A DNA stretch of 35,433 bases, taken from positions 1-35,433 of the IMG/VR virus record IMGVR_UViG_3300042921_000093; one strand, 5' to 3'. The notes below the pieces were generated by a model. It did no database searches. It saw nothing but the letters and a program-made list of their open reading frames with translations, and was not told where the DNA came from. Positions within the stretch are counted from its first letter, which is position 1; each line of letters opens with the position of its first letter. Below are positions 1-9,674 of this stretch, in pieces. The translations under genes were made by a program, and so were the position numbers. This stretch comes from a virus. Its lineage: Duplodnaviria; Caudoviricetes.

Positions 1-717
1 ATGAGCCCGATGTTCGAGGAACTCGATTACGCGCCCACGCCCATCGGCGCGCTGAGCCTGCGGCGGCGGCACGATCTGCGGCTTGGCCAGGACGTGACAG
101 AGATCATGCTCGGCCGGGATTACCTGATGACCAGCGCCTTCACCGCCTCCGAGGTGGCGCTTGGGGAATTGGGCATAGCTGCCTGCGAGGGCGAGGCGCT
201 CGCGGTGGTCGTGGGCGGGCTTGGCCTTGGCTACACCGCGCAGGCCGTGCTCGACACCGGGCGGGTGGCGCGGCTCGACGTGGTGGAATTCCTCGCGCCG
301 GTCATCGAATGGCACGAGCGCGGCCTGTTGCCGATGGGCACGCGGCTTGCAACCGATCCGCGCTGCCGCTTCACGTTGGGCGATTTCTTCGCGATGGCGG
401 CGGGCGACGGCTTTGACCCCGAGGGGCCGGGCCAGCGCTATGATGCGATCCTCGCCGATATCGACCACGCGCCCGATCACCTGCTCGACAGCCGCTCCGA
501 CAGCTTTTACCACCCCGAGGGCTTGCGCGCGATGGCCCGCTTCCTGCGGCCCGGTGGCATTTTCGGCCTGTGGTCGAACGAGGGCACGGATGCGCGGTTT
601 CTCGACCGCCTCGGCAGCGCCTTTGCCAGCGCCTGGGCAGAGCCTGTTACCTTCGACAACCCGCTGACCGGGCAGCCCTTTACCCAGACCGTCTATCTCG
701 CGCGCAAGGCGGCGTGA
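1..717 (+). CDS. Spermidine synthase-like SAM-dependent methyltransferase (host gene)
   Basis: 238 aa; SAM-binding loop VVVGGLGLGYTA, LDVVE acidic strand, DAILADID motif; lies outside the putative att site. Confidence 0.8.
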   Translation: MSPMFEELDYAPTPIGALSLRRRHDLRLGQDVTEIMLGRDYLMTSAFTASEVALGELGIAACEGEALAVVVGGLGLGYTAQAVLDTGRVARLDVVEFLAPVIEWHERGLLPMGTRLATDPRCRFTLGDFFAMAAGDGFDPEGPGQRYDAILADIDHAPDHLLDSRSDSFYHPEGLRAMARFLRPGGIFGLWSNEGTDARFLDRLGSAFASAWAEPVTFDNPLTGQPFTQTVYLARKAA

Positions 718-721
718 CGGC

Positions 722-734
722 TGGTGCGGGCGGC
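722..734 (-). other. Putative att core: displaced 3' end of a tRNA (possibly tRNA-Leu)
   Basis: TGGTGCGGGCGGC reads GCCGCCCGCACCA on the minus strand, a T-stem/acceptor/CCA-like end, between the host gene and int; partner copy is not in the window. Confidence 0.55.
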
Positions 735-866
735 CTGCCTGCAACACGTGTCCGATGACGTGCAATCCTGTTGACCGGGCTATCTTGTCGCGCCTACCTT
801 CTGGCGAGGCCTATCCGATGTCGTCTGGCGAGGGTCGGCCCGACGTGACGCAATCCGGCGTTACGG

Positions 867-887
867 TGGCGGACCAAGTGGCGGACC
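867..887 (+). repeat. Integrase arm-type site pair, left (TGGCGGACC-N3-TGGCGGACC)
   Basis: 9-mers at 867-875 and 879-887, 5 bp before the int ATG; same pair at 35360-35380. Confidence 0.75.
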
Positions 888-892
888 GGTGA

Positions 893-2083
893 ATGGGCCA
901 ACTCAGCGCAGTCGCAATCCGAAAAGCGGCCCCGGGCAGGCTGGGGGACGGGCGTGGCCTCGAGCTGCACAAGGGCGACGGCACGGGCAAGTGGGTGTGG
1001 CGCTATTCGTTTGCCGGAAAGCGGCGGCAGATGGGCCTTGGCACGTGGCCGGATGTCAGCCTCGCCGAGGCTCGCGCCCAGCGCGACCGGTGGTCATTGG
1101 CGCTGACACAGGGGCGCGATCCGATCACCGAGCGCCGCGCCGAGATCGCGGCGGCGCGCGCCGCGATCGAGCGCGACGATCCGACCCTCGCGACACTTGC
1201 CCGCGACGTTCTCGAGGCGCGCAAGGCCACGCTGAAGAGTGAGGGGAAGGCAGGCCGCTGGCTATCCCCGCTCGAGCGGCACGTCTTTGCGAAGATCGGG
1301 CACAAGCCGATCAGCACCGTGCGGCAACAAGATATCAAGGCGGCGCTGGAGCGCATCTGGAAGACCAAGCACCCGACTGCCACGAAGGCGATCCAGCGTC
1401 TTCGCATCGTCTTTCGCCAGGGCAAGCTGATGGGCTTCGACTGCGACCCGTTCACGGTGGACGCGGCGCAGCACATGCTGGGCGCGGTGATACACACGCC
1501 GGAGCCCATAGCGGCCACGCCATGGCAGGACATACCAGACCTTTTCGCGCGGATCGAAGGGCGCGGCACCACCGCCGCCTGCCTTCGGTTCATGATGCTG
1601 ACCCTTGTTCGCGCCTCCGGATGCCGCGGCGCGCGGTTCGAGGAAATCGAGGGCGACGTTTGGACGGTGCCGGCGGAGCGAATGAAGGGTCAAGTCGGTC
1701 GAGTGCGGGATTTCCGCGTGCCGCTGTCGGATGGGGCTCTGGAGATTATCGAGGCCCGGCGCGCATTGGGCAGCGACTTTCTTTTCGCCGGACCGACCGG
1801 CAGGCCGGTGAGTGATTCCGGTCTGTCGAAGTTCATGAGAGAGATAGGAGAGGATGGCAGACCCCACGGGTTTCGCACCAGTTTCAGAACGTGGGTGCAG
1901 GACACGGATGCCGCACCGTGGGACGTGTCCGAGACGATCCTGGCTCACACTATCGGCGGACGCGTGGAGCGCAGCTATGCCCGATCCGACATGCTCGACA
2001 GACGACGGCCGGTGATGCAGGCCTGGGCCAACCACGTGCTTGGCCGGGATGCCGATGCTACCGTCGTGCGGCTGGAGAGATAA
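893..2083 (+). CDS. int: P4-family tyrosine integrase
   Basis: N-terminal arm-binding domain (DGRGLEL..W..RY...GKRRQMGLG.WP.VSLAEAR); catalytic R (VRASG), HGFR, LAH...Y (ERSYARSD). Confidence 0.95.
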   Translation: MGQLSAVAIRKAAPGRLGDGRGLELHKGDGTGKWVWRYSFAGKRRQMGLGTWPDVSLAEARAQRDRWSLALTQGRDPITERRAEIAAARAAIERDDPTLATLARDVLEARKATLKSEGKAGRWLSPLERHVFAKIGHKPISTVRQQDIKAALERIWKTKHPTATKAIQRLRIVFRQGKLMGFDCDPFTVDAAQHMLGAVIHTPEPIAATPWQDIPDLFARIEGRGTTAACLRFMMLTLVRASGCRGARFEEIEGDVWTVPAERMKGQVGRVRDFRVPLSDGALEIIEARRALGSDFLFAGPTGRPVSDSGLSKFMREIGEDGRPHGFRTSFRTWVQDTDAAPWDVSETILAHTIGGRVERSYARSDMLDRRRPVMQAWANHVLGRDADATVVRLER

Positions 2084-2084
2084 C

Positions 2085-3092
2085 CTATTCCGGCATTTCT
2101 GCGGTGAGGCTGCAGCTGTAGCCGCCGCGTCCCAGCGTGTGCACGGCGCGCGTTACGATCCACTCCCCGTTCACACCCTCACGAAACCCGGCAAGACGCA
2201 GCTTCGCCTCTGCCACAATGTCTGGATTGCCGGGCAGGCTGAGCGATATCTGCGACCCTGCTCTCTTGGAACGGCGAAACTCCGCGTCGGCGGCGGCCTG
2301 CGCTGCCGCCTTGTCGGGGTAGCGACGGGACAGACGCCGCACAGGATCCCCATCTCCGGCGCGGGACTCGACATCGGACGCCGCCGTTTGATCGCGATGG
2401 ATGGCTACGACGCGTCCCGCCGGTGCGCGCAGCGACCGGGACATGCGCCACCTCGTCACGTCCTTCTGTCGCAGATCAATGACTGGCATCGGATCGCCGC
2501 CGGTGGTCAGGCTCTCTCCGCGCGTAGCGACCACGATTCGTCCGCCGCCGGGCTTGATGATCGCGTCATATTCGCGCGCGAGACGGGTCAACAGGGCAAT
2601 ATCGCTTTCGTCTATCTGGTCGATGTGAGGCAACGTTTTGCTGCCGAGGCTTGCCGAGACAGCAGGGTCGAGCCCGTGCTCGCCGGAAATCTTCGCCACC
2701 AGATCGCCAAGCGTCGTGCCGACGGACCACGAGCGGGTCTTCTGATCCGTCAGGGCGGTCTTGCCGCCGCTCGTCTTGCCGTGAACCGAAGCGGTCGCGC
2801 GAATCTGCATCTCGTCAGGCGGCCCCGAAACGTCGATGCTGTCGGCAATGAATAGCCCCATGTCCCGCAGGCGCGATCGATAGCCCAGCGCCACCTCTAT
2901 CTCCGCCCCGGTCGGGGGAATTTCCAGACGCTGAAACGGCAGGTGATCGGTGAGGGTGAGCGACACGGTGTCGGACTCGACGCCCGCGACATCGGTCAGC
3001 ACGAGCGACGAGAGCCGCGCGGCGAGCAGCGACGTGATGTTCTCGCCATTCACGGTGATGCGATACGCAGGCTCCCAATCGATCAGCGCCAC
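2085..3092 (-). CDS. P2 gpD-like late control/baseplate hub protein
   Basis: Probable GTG start at 3092 overlapping the tail X stop; motifs LTDVAGVESD.VSLTL, HIDQIDESDIALLTRLA, GVNGEW....AVH. Confidence 0.9.
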   Translation of the reverse strand: MALIDWEPAYRITVNGENITSLLAARLSSLVLTDVAGVESDTVSLTLTDHLPFQRLEIPPTGAEIEVALGYRSRLRDMGLFIADSIDVSGPPDEMQIRATASVHGKTSGGKTALTDQKTRSWSVGTTLGDLVAKISGEHGLDPAVSASLGSKTLPHIDQIDESDIALLTRLAREYDAIIKPGGGRIVVATRGESLTTGGDPMPVIDLRQKDVTRWRMSRSLRAPAGRVVAIHRDQTAASDVESRAGDGDPVRRLSRRYPDKAAAQAAADAEFRRSKRAGSQISLSLPGNPDIVAEAKLRLAGFREGVNGEWIVTRAVHTLGRGGYSCSLTAEMPE

Positions 3093-3292
3093 AGCCTGAT
3101 GCTCCCGGTGCTTTCCGGCTCTGGAAACTCGGGCAACTTGATGCGCTGCCCCGACGGCAGGATCGGCCCGAGATCCGCAAGACCGGGGTTCGCGTTGAGC
3201 ACTGCCTCGACAATTCCATTGTCCTGGCGACCGTAGTGCTGCCACACGACGCGATCGAGGACATCGCCCTCTTTAGAACGGTAGTAGAGCAC
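3083..3292 (-). CDS. P2 gpX-like tail protein
   Basis: GTG start after GGAGG; YRSKEGDVLDRVVWQHYG...VLNANPGLA...LPSG..I.LP. Confidence 0.9.
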   Translation of the reverse strand: MLYYRSKEGDVLDRVVWQHYGRQDNGIVEAVLNANPGLADLGPILPSGQRIKLPEFPEPESTGSIRLWR

Positions 3293-3683
3293 GTAACCCT
3301 CCATCATACCGGCGCAGGCGCAGATCGAATTCCTGCCGACGCGCCTCTCCCTCGCCTCTAAACACGGCTTGGGATTCGCGCACACCCTCGATCACCCACA
3401 GGCCGAACACGCGCCCCCGGCCGGACACGAGCGGCAAGGGCACGCCAAGCACGGCCTGAAGGCGCATCCTGGTTACCTGGTCGGTGCCGCCTTTGTATTC
3501 GGGGTAGATGACCCCACGCAGGTCGATGCTTTCACGCCCGATGCCGGTGAACTGAAGTGCATCGGCGGCACCAACGCGGCTCTGGGCTGCCCATGTGTAG
3601 ACGGCCGAGCGCGAGAGTTCCTGATATGCCGCCGTGTCGATACCGAACTGAAACAGCCCGAGCTGCAGCATCACATCCGCCAT
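3273..3683 (-). CDS. P2 gpU-like tail protein
   Basis: MLQLGLFQF...YQEL.R...W...R.G....QFTG.G; G...G.WVI; position after the tape measure gene. Confidence 0.9.
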   Translation of the reverse strand: MADVMLQLGLFQFGIDTAAYQELSRSAVYTWAAQSRVGAADALQFTGIGRESIDLRGVIYPEYKGGTDQVTRMRLQAVLGVPLPLVSGRGRVFGLWVIEGVRESQAVFRGEGEARRQEFDLRLRRYDGGLRALLPF

Positions 3684-5755
3684 CAGCCTGCCCCCGCGTA
3701 TTGACCGAACCCGATCGCAGGGTCGAAGAGCGCGGCTTGCTCCGCATCGCGGCGGCGGCGCTCAAGCTCGTCAACCAACTCCTGCACCGACAGGCCCTGA
3801 GCATTCACCGTAATATTCTGCGTGACCTGGGCCGCGCTCTGCGCCCCCTGCTGGGCCATCGCTGCACCACGGCTCAGGATCGCATCGGCCATCGTGGACA
3901 TCCGCTCCAACGCGCGATTGTTGGCGATGAACCCGCCCTGCGTCGGGAACATGGCTTCCGGCCCCCGCTCGCCAACCAGGAGGGCGCGTCCCGCAGCAAA
4001 AGCCCCGCCGATCGCGCGCTTCTGCGGCCTGCCCTCCCCGGTGATCGGGTTGAACCCGGATGACCGCTCGCGCCCAGCGCGCGCGGCGGTCGGATCGTCC
4101 GGGGCCGGGTTATCATCACCGCCGCCGAACAGGCTTGAGACCGAGCCCACGACAGCGGCACCCTTGTCGCGCAGAAAGGTCAGCCCGTCGATCACTGGCC
4201 CGACCTTGCCCAAGAGCCAGTCGAATTTCTCGCCGAGCCAGTCCATCACGGACCCAAGCCCCGATCGCACAGTCTGCCAGCCCGCGACGATCGCGTCCCC
4301 GGCATCCGTCAGGCCATCCACGACCGGCTTGATGGCGTTGTCCCATGCCCAGCTGAACGCCGATCCAAGCGCGTCAAGAATAGGCCTTATCTTCGGCTCG
4401 ATGGTCTCCCAGTTGGCGATGATCAGGGCGGCACCCGCAGCGATGACCGCGATGGCCGCCCCGATCGGATTTGCCGCCATCGCCGCGCCGATTGCCCTTA
4501 TCACGCCAGCAACAAGAGGCAGCGCCGGGACCAGGGCAAACATCGCACGGCCAAGTCCAAATATCGAGCCTGCAAAGCGCCCCACCGATATGATCGCCTT
4601 GCTCGCCATCAAGGCACCGACGACAACGCCAAGGTTTTCCCAGCCCCCGACGAAATCCGCCAGCGTCGAGATACCCTCCCCAACTTTGACGCTGATACTC
4701 GCCACGCCGCGCGCCAAATCAGTAACGACGGGAAGCGCGTTGCCCAGGCCGGTTGCGACCGTGTCGGCGAATGCCTCCACGCCCTCGCGGTTGTCCTTCA
4801 TGAAGGAGGTGAAATCGCTCATCGCCTGGCTGACCACCGGTATCAGCGCGCTGCCGATGGTGTTTTTCAGGCCTGTTGCCGCCATCTGGGCGTTTAGCAA
4901 ATTGTCCTGATATTCCTCGGAGGCGCGCGCGGCATCCTCCGAGAGAACGAGACCGAGGTCGCGCGCCTCCTGGCGCAACGCCTGAATGCCTTCGCTGCCC
5001 TCACCAAGCATGCCTGTCATGCGCACGCCAGCACGGCTGAACAAATCCGCCGCGATGGCCGCGCGCTCGGCCGGGCTCTCAATATCCTGCATGCGATCTG
5101 CGATGATTTCGAGCGCTTGGTCCGGACTGACCTTGATCAGGTCTTTTGCCGACAGGCCGAGCCGATCGAGAGCATCCTTGGCCGAGCCGGACCCTTGGGC
5201 GGCCTCGCCGAGGCGCTTGGAAAAGGCAGTCATCGAGCTGTTGAACGTGCCGACGGACACGCCAGACCGCTCGGCTGCGAATTGCAACTCCTGGTAGGCC
5301 TCAACGTTGAAGCCCAGCGCGCGCGACTGTTTGGCGAACTCGTCTCCTGCAGCGGCCGTGCTGCTGGCCAGACCAAAAACGGCGGCGCTGGCGGCCCCGA
5401 CGACGATGGTGGCGTTGCGCGCCAGTCGGCCGACATCGCCAACGGTGCGTTTGAATTCGCGACCGACGCGGCTGGCCGCAGCCTGCGCGCGCTCGAGGCG
5501 CTGCTGCTTGCGGCGCAGTGTGTCGAGCGTGCGGCCGAGTTCCTCGTATTCCCTGTCTAGGGCATCGACCGAGCGGCCCTCCTTCTCGAGGACCTTGCGC
5601 TGTTTGGAAAGCTCGCGCTGGCGGTCTGCCACGCGCTTGATCTCGTCACCGACCCCGTCGAGACCGGCGCGCAGGACGTTGAAGTTTCGCTTGACCGATC
5701 GTTGCAGCGCGCTGCCGATGGTGATGGTGGCGTCTAGCCGCTGGTTCTTTGCCAT
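3683..5755 (-). CDS. Tail tape measure protein
   Basis: 690 aa Ala/Gly-rich helical protein, ANPIG motif, Trp-spaced repeats, C-terminal RAIGG...LVGERGPE. Confidence 0.92.
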   Translation of the reverse strand: MAKNQRLDATITIGSALQRSVKRNFNVLRAGLDGVGDEIKRVADRQRELSKQRKVLEKEGRSVDALDREYEELGRTLDTLRRKQQRLERAQAAASRVGREFKRTVGDVGRLARNATIVVGAASAAVFGLASSTAAAGDEFAKQSRALGFNVEAYQELQFAAERSGVSVGTFNSSMTAFSKRLGEAAQGSGSAKDALDRLGLSAKDLIKVSPDQALEIIADRMQDIESPAERAAIAADLFSRAGVRMTGMLGEGSEGIQALRQEARDLGLVLSEDAARASEEYQDNLLNAQMAATGLKNTIGSALIPVVSQAMSDFTSFMKDNREGVEAFADTVATGLGNALPVVTDLARGVASISVKVGEGISTLADFVGGWENLGVVVGALMASKAIISVGRFAGSIFGLGRAMFALVPALPLVAGVIRAIGAAMAANPIGAAIAVIAAGAALIIANWETIEPKIRPILDALGSAFSWAWDNAIKPVVDGLTDAGDAIVAGWQTVRSGLGSVMDWLGEKFDWLLGKVGPVIDGLTFLRDKGAAVVGSVSSLFGGGDDNPAPDDPTAARAGRERSSGFNPITGEGRPQKRAIGGAFAAGRALLVGERGPEAMFPTQGGFIANNRALERMSTMADAILSRGAAMAQQGAQSAAQVTQNITVNAQGLSVQELVDELERRRRDAEQAALFDPAIGFGQYAGAG

Positions 5756-5886
5756 TCCTGAACACCTTCAATGAACCAGACAAACCGGCTCGAGGGCATC
5801 GCGGCGATATCGGACCAGCTCCACCCCGTGAACCGCGCGAGCCCCAACACCATGACGCGCAGCTCGCGGGGCGGAATTACGTAAAA
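5734..5886 (-). CDS. gpE'-like extension of the tail assembly chaperone, reached by a -1 frameshift
   Basis: -1 frame after GCT TTT reads YVIPPRELRVMVLGLARFTGWSWSDIAAMPSSRFVWFIEGVQEWQRTSG*, typical of P2 gpE'; not in the ORF track. Confidence 0.8.
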   Translation of the reverse strand, partial: FYVIPPRELRVMVLGLARFTGWSWSDIAAMPSSRFVWFIEGVQEWQRTSG

Positions 5887-6113
5887 GCCTCGTAGGCTTC
5901 CTGAAGCTGGCGATATTCCTTCAGGGGGAGCCGCCCGATATCATCGCGCGACACCTCGCAGAGGTTCGCGAACAGTGCCACCTCGCGGCGCGCTTGCGTT
6001 TTGCCAGACTCCTCGGCGGTCAGCTGATCCTCGACGGTCGGCTCCCGCATTTGCAGCATCGTCACCTCGGTGCCGCCGATGGTGACAGGCCGATCAAATT
6101 TGATTTCCTTCAT
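5877..6113 (-). CDS. Tail assembly chaperone (P2 gpE-like)
   Basis: 78 aa; L.MREPTVED...E..LFANLC....DI..L...Y..LQ.AY..F; between tube and tape measure genes. Confidence 0.9.
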   Translation of the reverse strand: MKEIKFDRPVTIGGTEVTMLQMREPTVEDQLTAEESGKTQARREVALFANLCEVSRDDIGRLPLKEYRQLQEAYEAFT

Positions 6114-6123
6114 GATCTGCTCC

Positions 6124-6630
6124 TCAGATACCCAGCGCGGCGCGGGTGTCGGCGAGGCGATCCACCCCGTCGACGATACGCACCATGTTCTCGAGATCGA
6201 TCTCGTGGGTCACGGTGCCATCATGCTCTTCGCGGTAATAGACCGGGCGCACCGTGACGGTGAGCGACGGCTGCTGACCCGGCGACCAGGTGCCGCGCTG
6301 CAAACTGGTGATCATCCCGCGCATGCGGTGGATCACCGGCTTGACCGAGCCGTCGAAACTCTCCAGCGCGCCCCGGATTGTGAGCGGCACGCTTTGGCCC
6401 TGCCGAACACCCCAGCGGTTGAGCACGTTGGCATCATAGGCGATCAGCACGAAGGAGGTTTCAAGGGGCTCCATGCCCATTTCGATCGGCACCGCCGCAT
6501 CCATGCCTCCGCCCCGAAAATCCTCGGTGGTGAGGGTGAGATCGGGCGGGCTGTATTCGCCGACCTGCCCGGCAAAGCCGAAGCCATCGACGAAAAGGTT
6601 GAAGTTCTTGAGAACGTCGCGTGCGGGCAT
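6124..6630 (-). CDS. Major tail tube protein (P2 FII-like)
   Basis: ATG at 6630; LKNFNLFVDG..F.G, P.L....E.FRGGGM, EID..N....VDGVD.L...R.ALG. Confidence 0.95.
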   Translation of the reverse strand: MPARDVLKNFNLFVDGFGFAGQVGEYSPPDLTLTTEDFRGGGMDAAVPIEMGMEPLETSFVLIAYDANVLNRWGVRQGQSVPLTIRGALESFDGSVKPVIHRMRGMITSLQRGTWSPGQQPSLTVTVRPVYYREEHDGTVTHEIDLENMVRIVDGVDRLADTRAALGI

Positions 6631-8165
6631 CAGGCAAACACCTCCGTGATGTAATCGTTCACGAGCTGCGACCGGAACGTGATGTGCTCGGCCGGATAGG
6701 GCGGCGTGAAGTCGAAGTTGAAGAAAATCTTGCCCTGCGTGATGTTCGCGGGGGTGTTCAGGTCCGGATCGGGCCAGCACCGCCCGCCGAGAATTGCGCC
6801 CTGTGCGGTCAGGCTGCGCAGGAACGCGTTAACCCCGTCGGTGACATCCTCGACATAGGTCCTGGTGATGTTGCGGTCCACGGCCCACAGATGCGCCTGC
6901 TGCAGGCTTTCGGCAATCACATCGGCGGTGCGGCGCACCGACAGGAAGGCCCATTTGGGATCCGCCGCCGCGCTGCGGTTGCCCCACAAGCGATAGCCAT
7001 CCTGGCGGATGATCGTTGCGACCCCCTGCTCGTTGAGCAGGTTGGCGCGGCTGTTGGCATCGCCGAGCTTGAAGTCGACGGGGCGGGCGGTGTTCAGGAT
7101 GCCATTGACGATCTGGTTGGACGGGCTCCACCAGAAGCCGCGGTCATTGTCGGAGCGGGCGATCATGCCGCAGACCCGCGCGGAGGCAGGCTCTGTCACC
7201 ACCTGACCCGCCTGGTCGAGCACATCCACCCATGGATCTACGATGAACACGCGATCGCTGCCCCAGTCACCCCGATAGGTGATCGCGGCCTCGTCCGTGG
7301 TGTTGGGCCCGTCGGCGATGATGACGGCGCGGAGCCGCTCGGCGATCCCGAGCAGCTCCGCCACCACGGGATTGGCCCCGCCCTCGGGACGCTGATGGGT
7401 GAAGCCGGGGGCGCAGAGAATGCGCGGCGCAAAACCCACCACGCTCTCGGCACCGGCCAGCGCATGCACCCCCTCGAACGCGCCGGTCCCGGCATTCACG
7501 CCGCCCACCACGTTGGCGAGTGTTTCGGCCTCGTCGGCCCCGGCCTCGACCCGGACCACGATCACCACCGCGCCGATCTGGTCGAAAATCCCGTCGAGCG
7601 CGGCGGGCAGCGTGCCCTGGCGATTGCCTGTGCTGTCAAGGCCCACCGCCTTGGTGCGGCTGCCCGCGATGAGCACCGGCTTGTTAAGCGGGAACGGCTG
7701 TGCAGCACCACCGGAAAGCGCAAGCGCCACGCGGGTCGGCGTCACAACCCCGAGGCCGGTGCTGGCCCCGCCATGTGCCGCCGTGACCAACGCGGCAGCC
7801 GGGGCATCCGCGTTGACGGCATCGATCACGTCCTCGGCCGTGCTGGTGATCGCCCCCGACACATCGGTGGCGAGGCTGACCGTGATCGCCTGTCCCGCGA
7901 CCGCGACGGCGAGCGCCTGCGTCTCGCCGCCGGGATCGACCAGGTTGATGGTGATCGTATTGCCTGCGGTGCCGGTGCTGGCAGCGGTGAACACGATCTC
8001 GGTATTGATGGCCGAGCGGCCCGTCGTGAGCGTGGCCGCTGTTGCCCCTGCGGCATCCGGGGCCGTGCCCACGATGCCGATGACGCCCGTGCGGACGGTG
8101 CGAATGGGCCTCGGCCCGGTGTCGATTTCGATTACCTCGACGCCATGAAGGAATTTGTCGGCCAT
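6630..8165 (-). CDS. Tail sheath protein (P2 FI-like)
   Basis: ATG at 8165; FLHGVEVIE, PRILCAPG, GFWWSPSN, GYRLWGNR, F.FTPPYPAEHITF. Confidence 0.95.
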   Translation of the reverse strand: MADKFLHGVEVIEIDTGPRPIRTVRTGVIGIVGTAPDAAGATAATLTTGRSAINTEIVFTAASTGTAGNTITINLVDPGGETQALAVAVAGQAITVSLATDVSGAITSTAEDVIDAVNADAPAAALVTAAHGGASTGLGVVTPTRVALALSGGAAQPFPLNKPVLIAGSRTKAVGLDSTGNRQGTLPAALDGIFDQIGAVVIVVRVEAGADEAETLANVVGGVNAGTGAFEGVHALAGAESVVGFAPRILCAPGFTHQRPEGGANPVVAELLGIAERLRAVIIADGPNTTDEAAITYRGDWGSDRVFIVDPWVDVLDQAGQVVTEPASARVCGMIARSDNDRGFWWSPSNQIVNGILNTARPVDFKLGDANSRANLLNEQGVATIIRQDGYRLWGNRSAAADPKWAFLSVRRTADVIAESLQQAHLWAVDRNITRTYVEDVTDGVNAFLRSLTAQGAILGGRCWPDPDLNTPANITQGKIFFNFDFTPPYPAEHITFRSQLVNDYITEVFA

Positions 8166-8205
8166 CCTGCCCCCGTGTTCTTCGGTCTGCGCGATTTCAG
8201 GGGCG

Positions 8206-8249
8206 ATGATGCGCGGCCCCCGGCGCGCGATCCATTGGCGGTTTTCCCC
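8206..8249 (-). promoter_or_regulatory. Late promoter copy 1 (sheath/tube operon)
   Basis: GGGGAAAACCGCCAATGGA (8249-8231), 19 nt spacer, CATCAT (-10-like). Confidence 0.75.
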
Positions 8250-8276
8250 GCCTGCGCGCAAATTCGGCGGGCAGTG

Positions 8277-9662
8277 TCAAATCTTGATACAGGCCAGCAG
8301 AGCGACGTTGCGCGGGCGCGTTTCAGCGCCGCCGTATCCGCCGATCAATTCTGTGCCGAGACCACTTGGGGAGCCGTCAAAGGCCGGACGCGTGACTCCT
8401 GGCACCGCAGATCCATTAACGATCCCGCCGCCGTCTTCGCTGCTCCGCGTCGTGCTTTCAGACCCTGGTTTTTGCTGATATGGGTGCCCGTGTTTTCGGA
8501 TTCCGTCTGCCTGGGCGCTGCCCAGCGCGCGGCCCTCATCGATCCCCCGCCCCTGGTCGATACCTCTCAGAAACTCGCCGCGCAGATCCGGCAGGTTGAA
8601 AGTGTCCACACCATTGCCAGCACCGAAGAGTGTGCCCACGGCGTTGAAGAGCGTGGCATGGGTCACGCGGCTGACCGCCCGACCGTCCGCGATCAGCCAT
8701 CCCGTGGGCGCGGTGGCACGCGCAAAATACATTACCGCCCCCGACGGCACGGCGTTCTGCAGATCCGCGACGCTCGGCACGCCGAGGTTCTGTCGCGCGA
8801 GAGGCTTGTCAGGCACGTCCGCGAAATTCGCGTCTCGCAGTAGCGCCGCCGGAAAGCTCGACGCGGGCTCATTTTGAACCAGTATGATTTCGGTGCCCGC
8901 GGCATAGGCCTGCCCGAGCGTGAGCTTGGTCGGATCGGTCGGGTGCGGTTGCCAGTCGTTTGCGCCCGAGCCCTGCGCAAGGCGCGCCCCGGCCACATAG
9001 ACCGCGAGGCCTGTCGTGGTGACCGTCGCCAAGTCCACGACGGTCTGAGCGTCGGCAAGAACCTGCTCTTCCTCGATCGTGTTGACGACGATGTTGGCAT
9101 CGGTCGGGTCTGCCCAGACATAATCGCCGTCAGCATTGCTGATTTTCGTCAGCACCTGCTGCGTGGTGCCGCCTGGGATGATGGTTGCCGCCGTCAGGTT
9201 GGTGACCACCCAGTTCTGGGTGGCGAGGGTAACATTGGGATCAAATTGCAGCATCACCGTGTCGGCGTTCGTTGCCTGAAACTCGACGCGCACGACAGTG
9301 TCGGAAAAAGACCCCTCCGCCGCCTCGGGCTTGTAGGTCTCGGGCAGGTTGCCGACAGCAAAGAGCACGCCATCGGCATCGATGACGCCAACCTCTCGCA
9401 TGACGAATCCGCCCTCCGTGGCGGGCACCACCAGCTCGACGGCGAACCGCGTGGGCTGGCCTTGCGCATCCGGCTTGTAGACCCGGTTGATCTCGGCGCG
9501 GAAGACCTCGCGGACCAGCGCCGTCTGCGCCTCGTCCGGCACGACGGCCGCGCCGCCACCGTCGCCCACGGCCATATGCGTGAGGTTGACGGTGGTTGAT
9601 GCCGCATCCGCGTCATACATCGCCTGCAGCCCCGCCGTCGTGTGGATGGTCGCAAATGCCAT
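8277..9662 (-). CDS. Tail fibre protein (gpH-like N-terminus, tail-collar domain)
   Basis: N-terminal HMAVGDGGG...QTALVREV...GGF.MREVG..D; collar P.GAVMYFA...PTGWL.ADG...FNLPDLRGEFLRG; C-terminal ETRPRNVALLACIK. Confidence 0.92.
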   Translation of the reverse strand: MAFATIHTTAGLQAMYDADAASTTVNLTHMAVGDGGGAAVVPDEAQTALVREVFRAEINRVYKPDAQGQPTRFAVELVVPATEGGFVMREVGVIDADGVLFAVGNLPETYKPEAAEGSFSDTVVRVEFQATNADTVMLQFDPNVTLATQNWVVTNLTAATIIPGGTTQQVLTKISNADGDYVWADPTDANIVVNTIEEEQVLADAQTVVDLATVTTTGLAVYVAGARLAQGSGANDWQPHPTDPTKLTLGQAYAAGTEIILVQNEPASSFPAALLRDANFADVPDKPLARQNLGVPSVADLQNAVPSGAVMYFARATAPTGWLIADGRAVSRVTHATLFNAVGTLFGAGNGVDTFNLPDLRGEFLRGIDQGRGIDEGRALGSAQADGIRKHGHPYQQKPGSESTTRSSEDGGGIVNGSAVPGVTRPAFDGSPSGLGTELIGGYGGAETRPRNVALLACIKI

Positions 9663-9674
9663 GCCTCGATCTCC

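Noticed and set aside
722-734. Intact tRNA gene
   Set aside because: Only 13 nt resemble a tRNA 3' end; no T-loop or cloverleaf adjoins it
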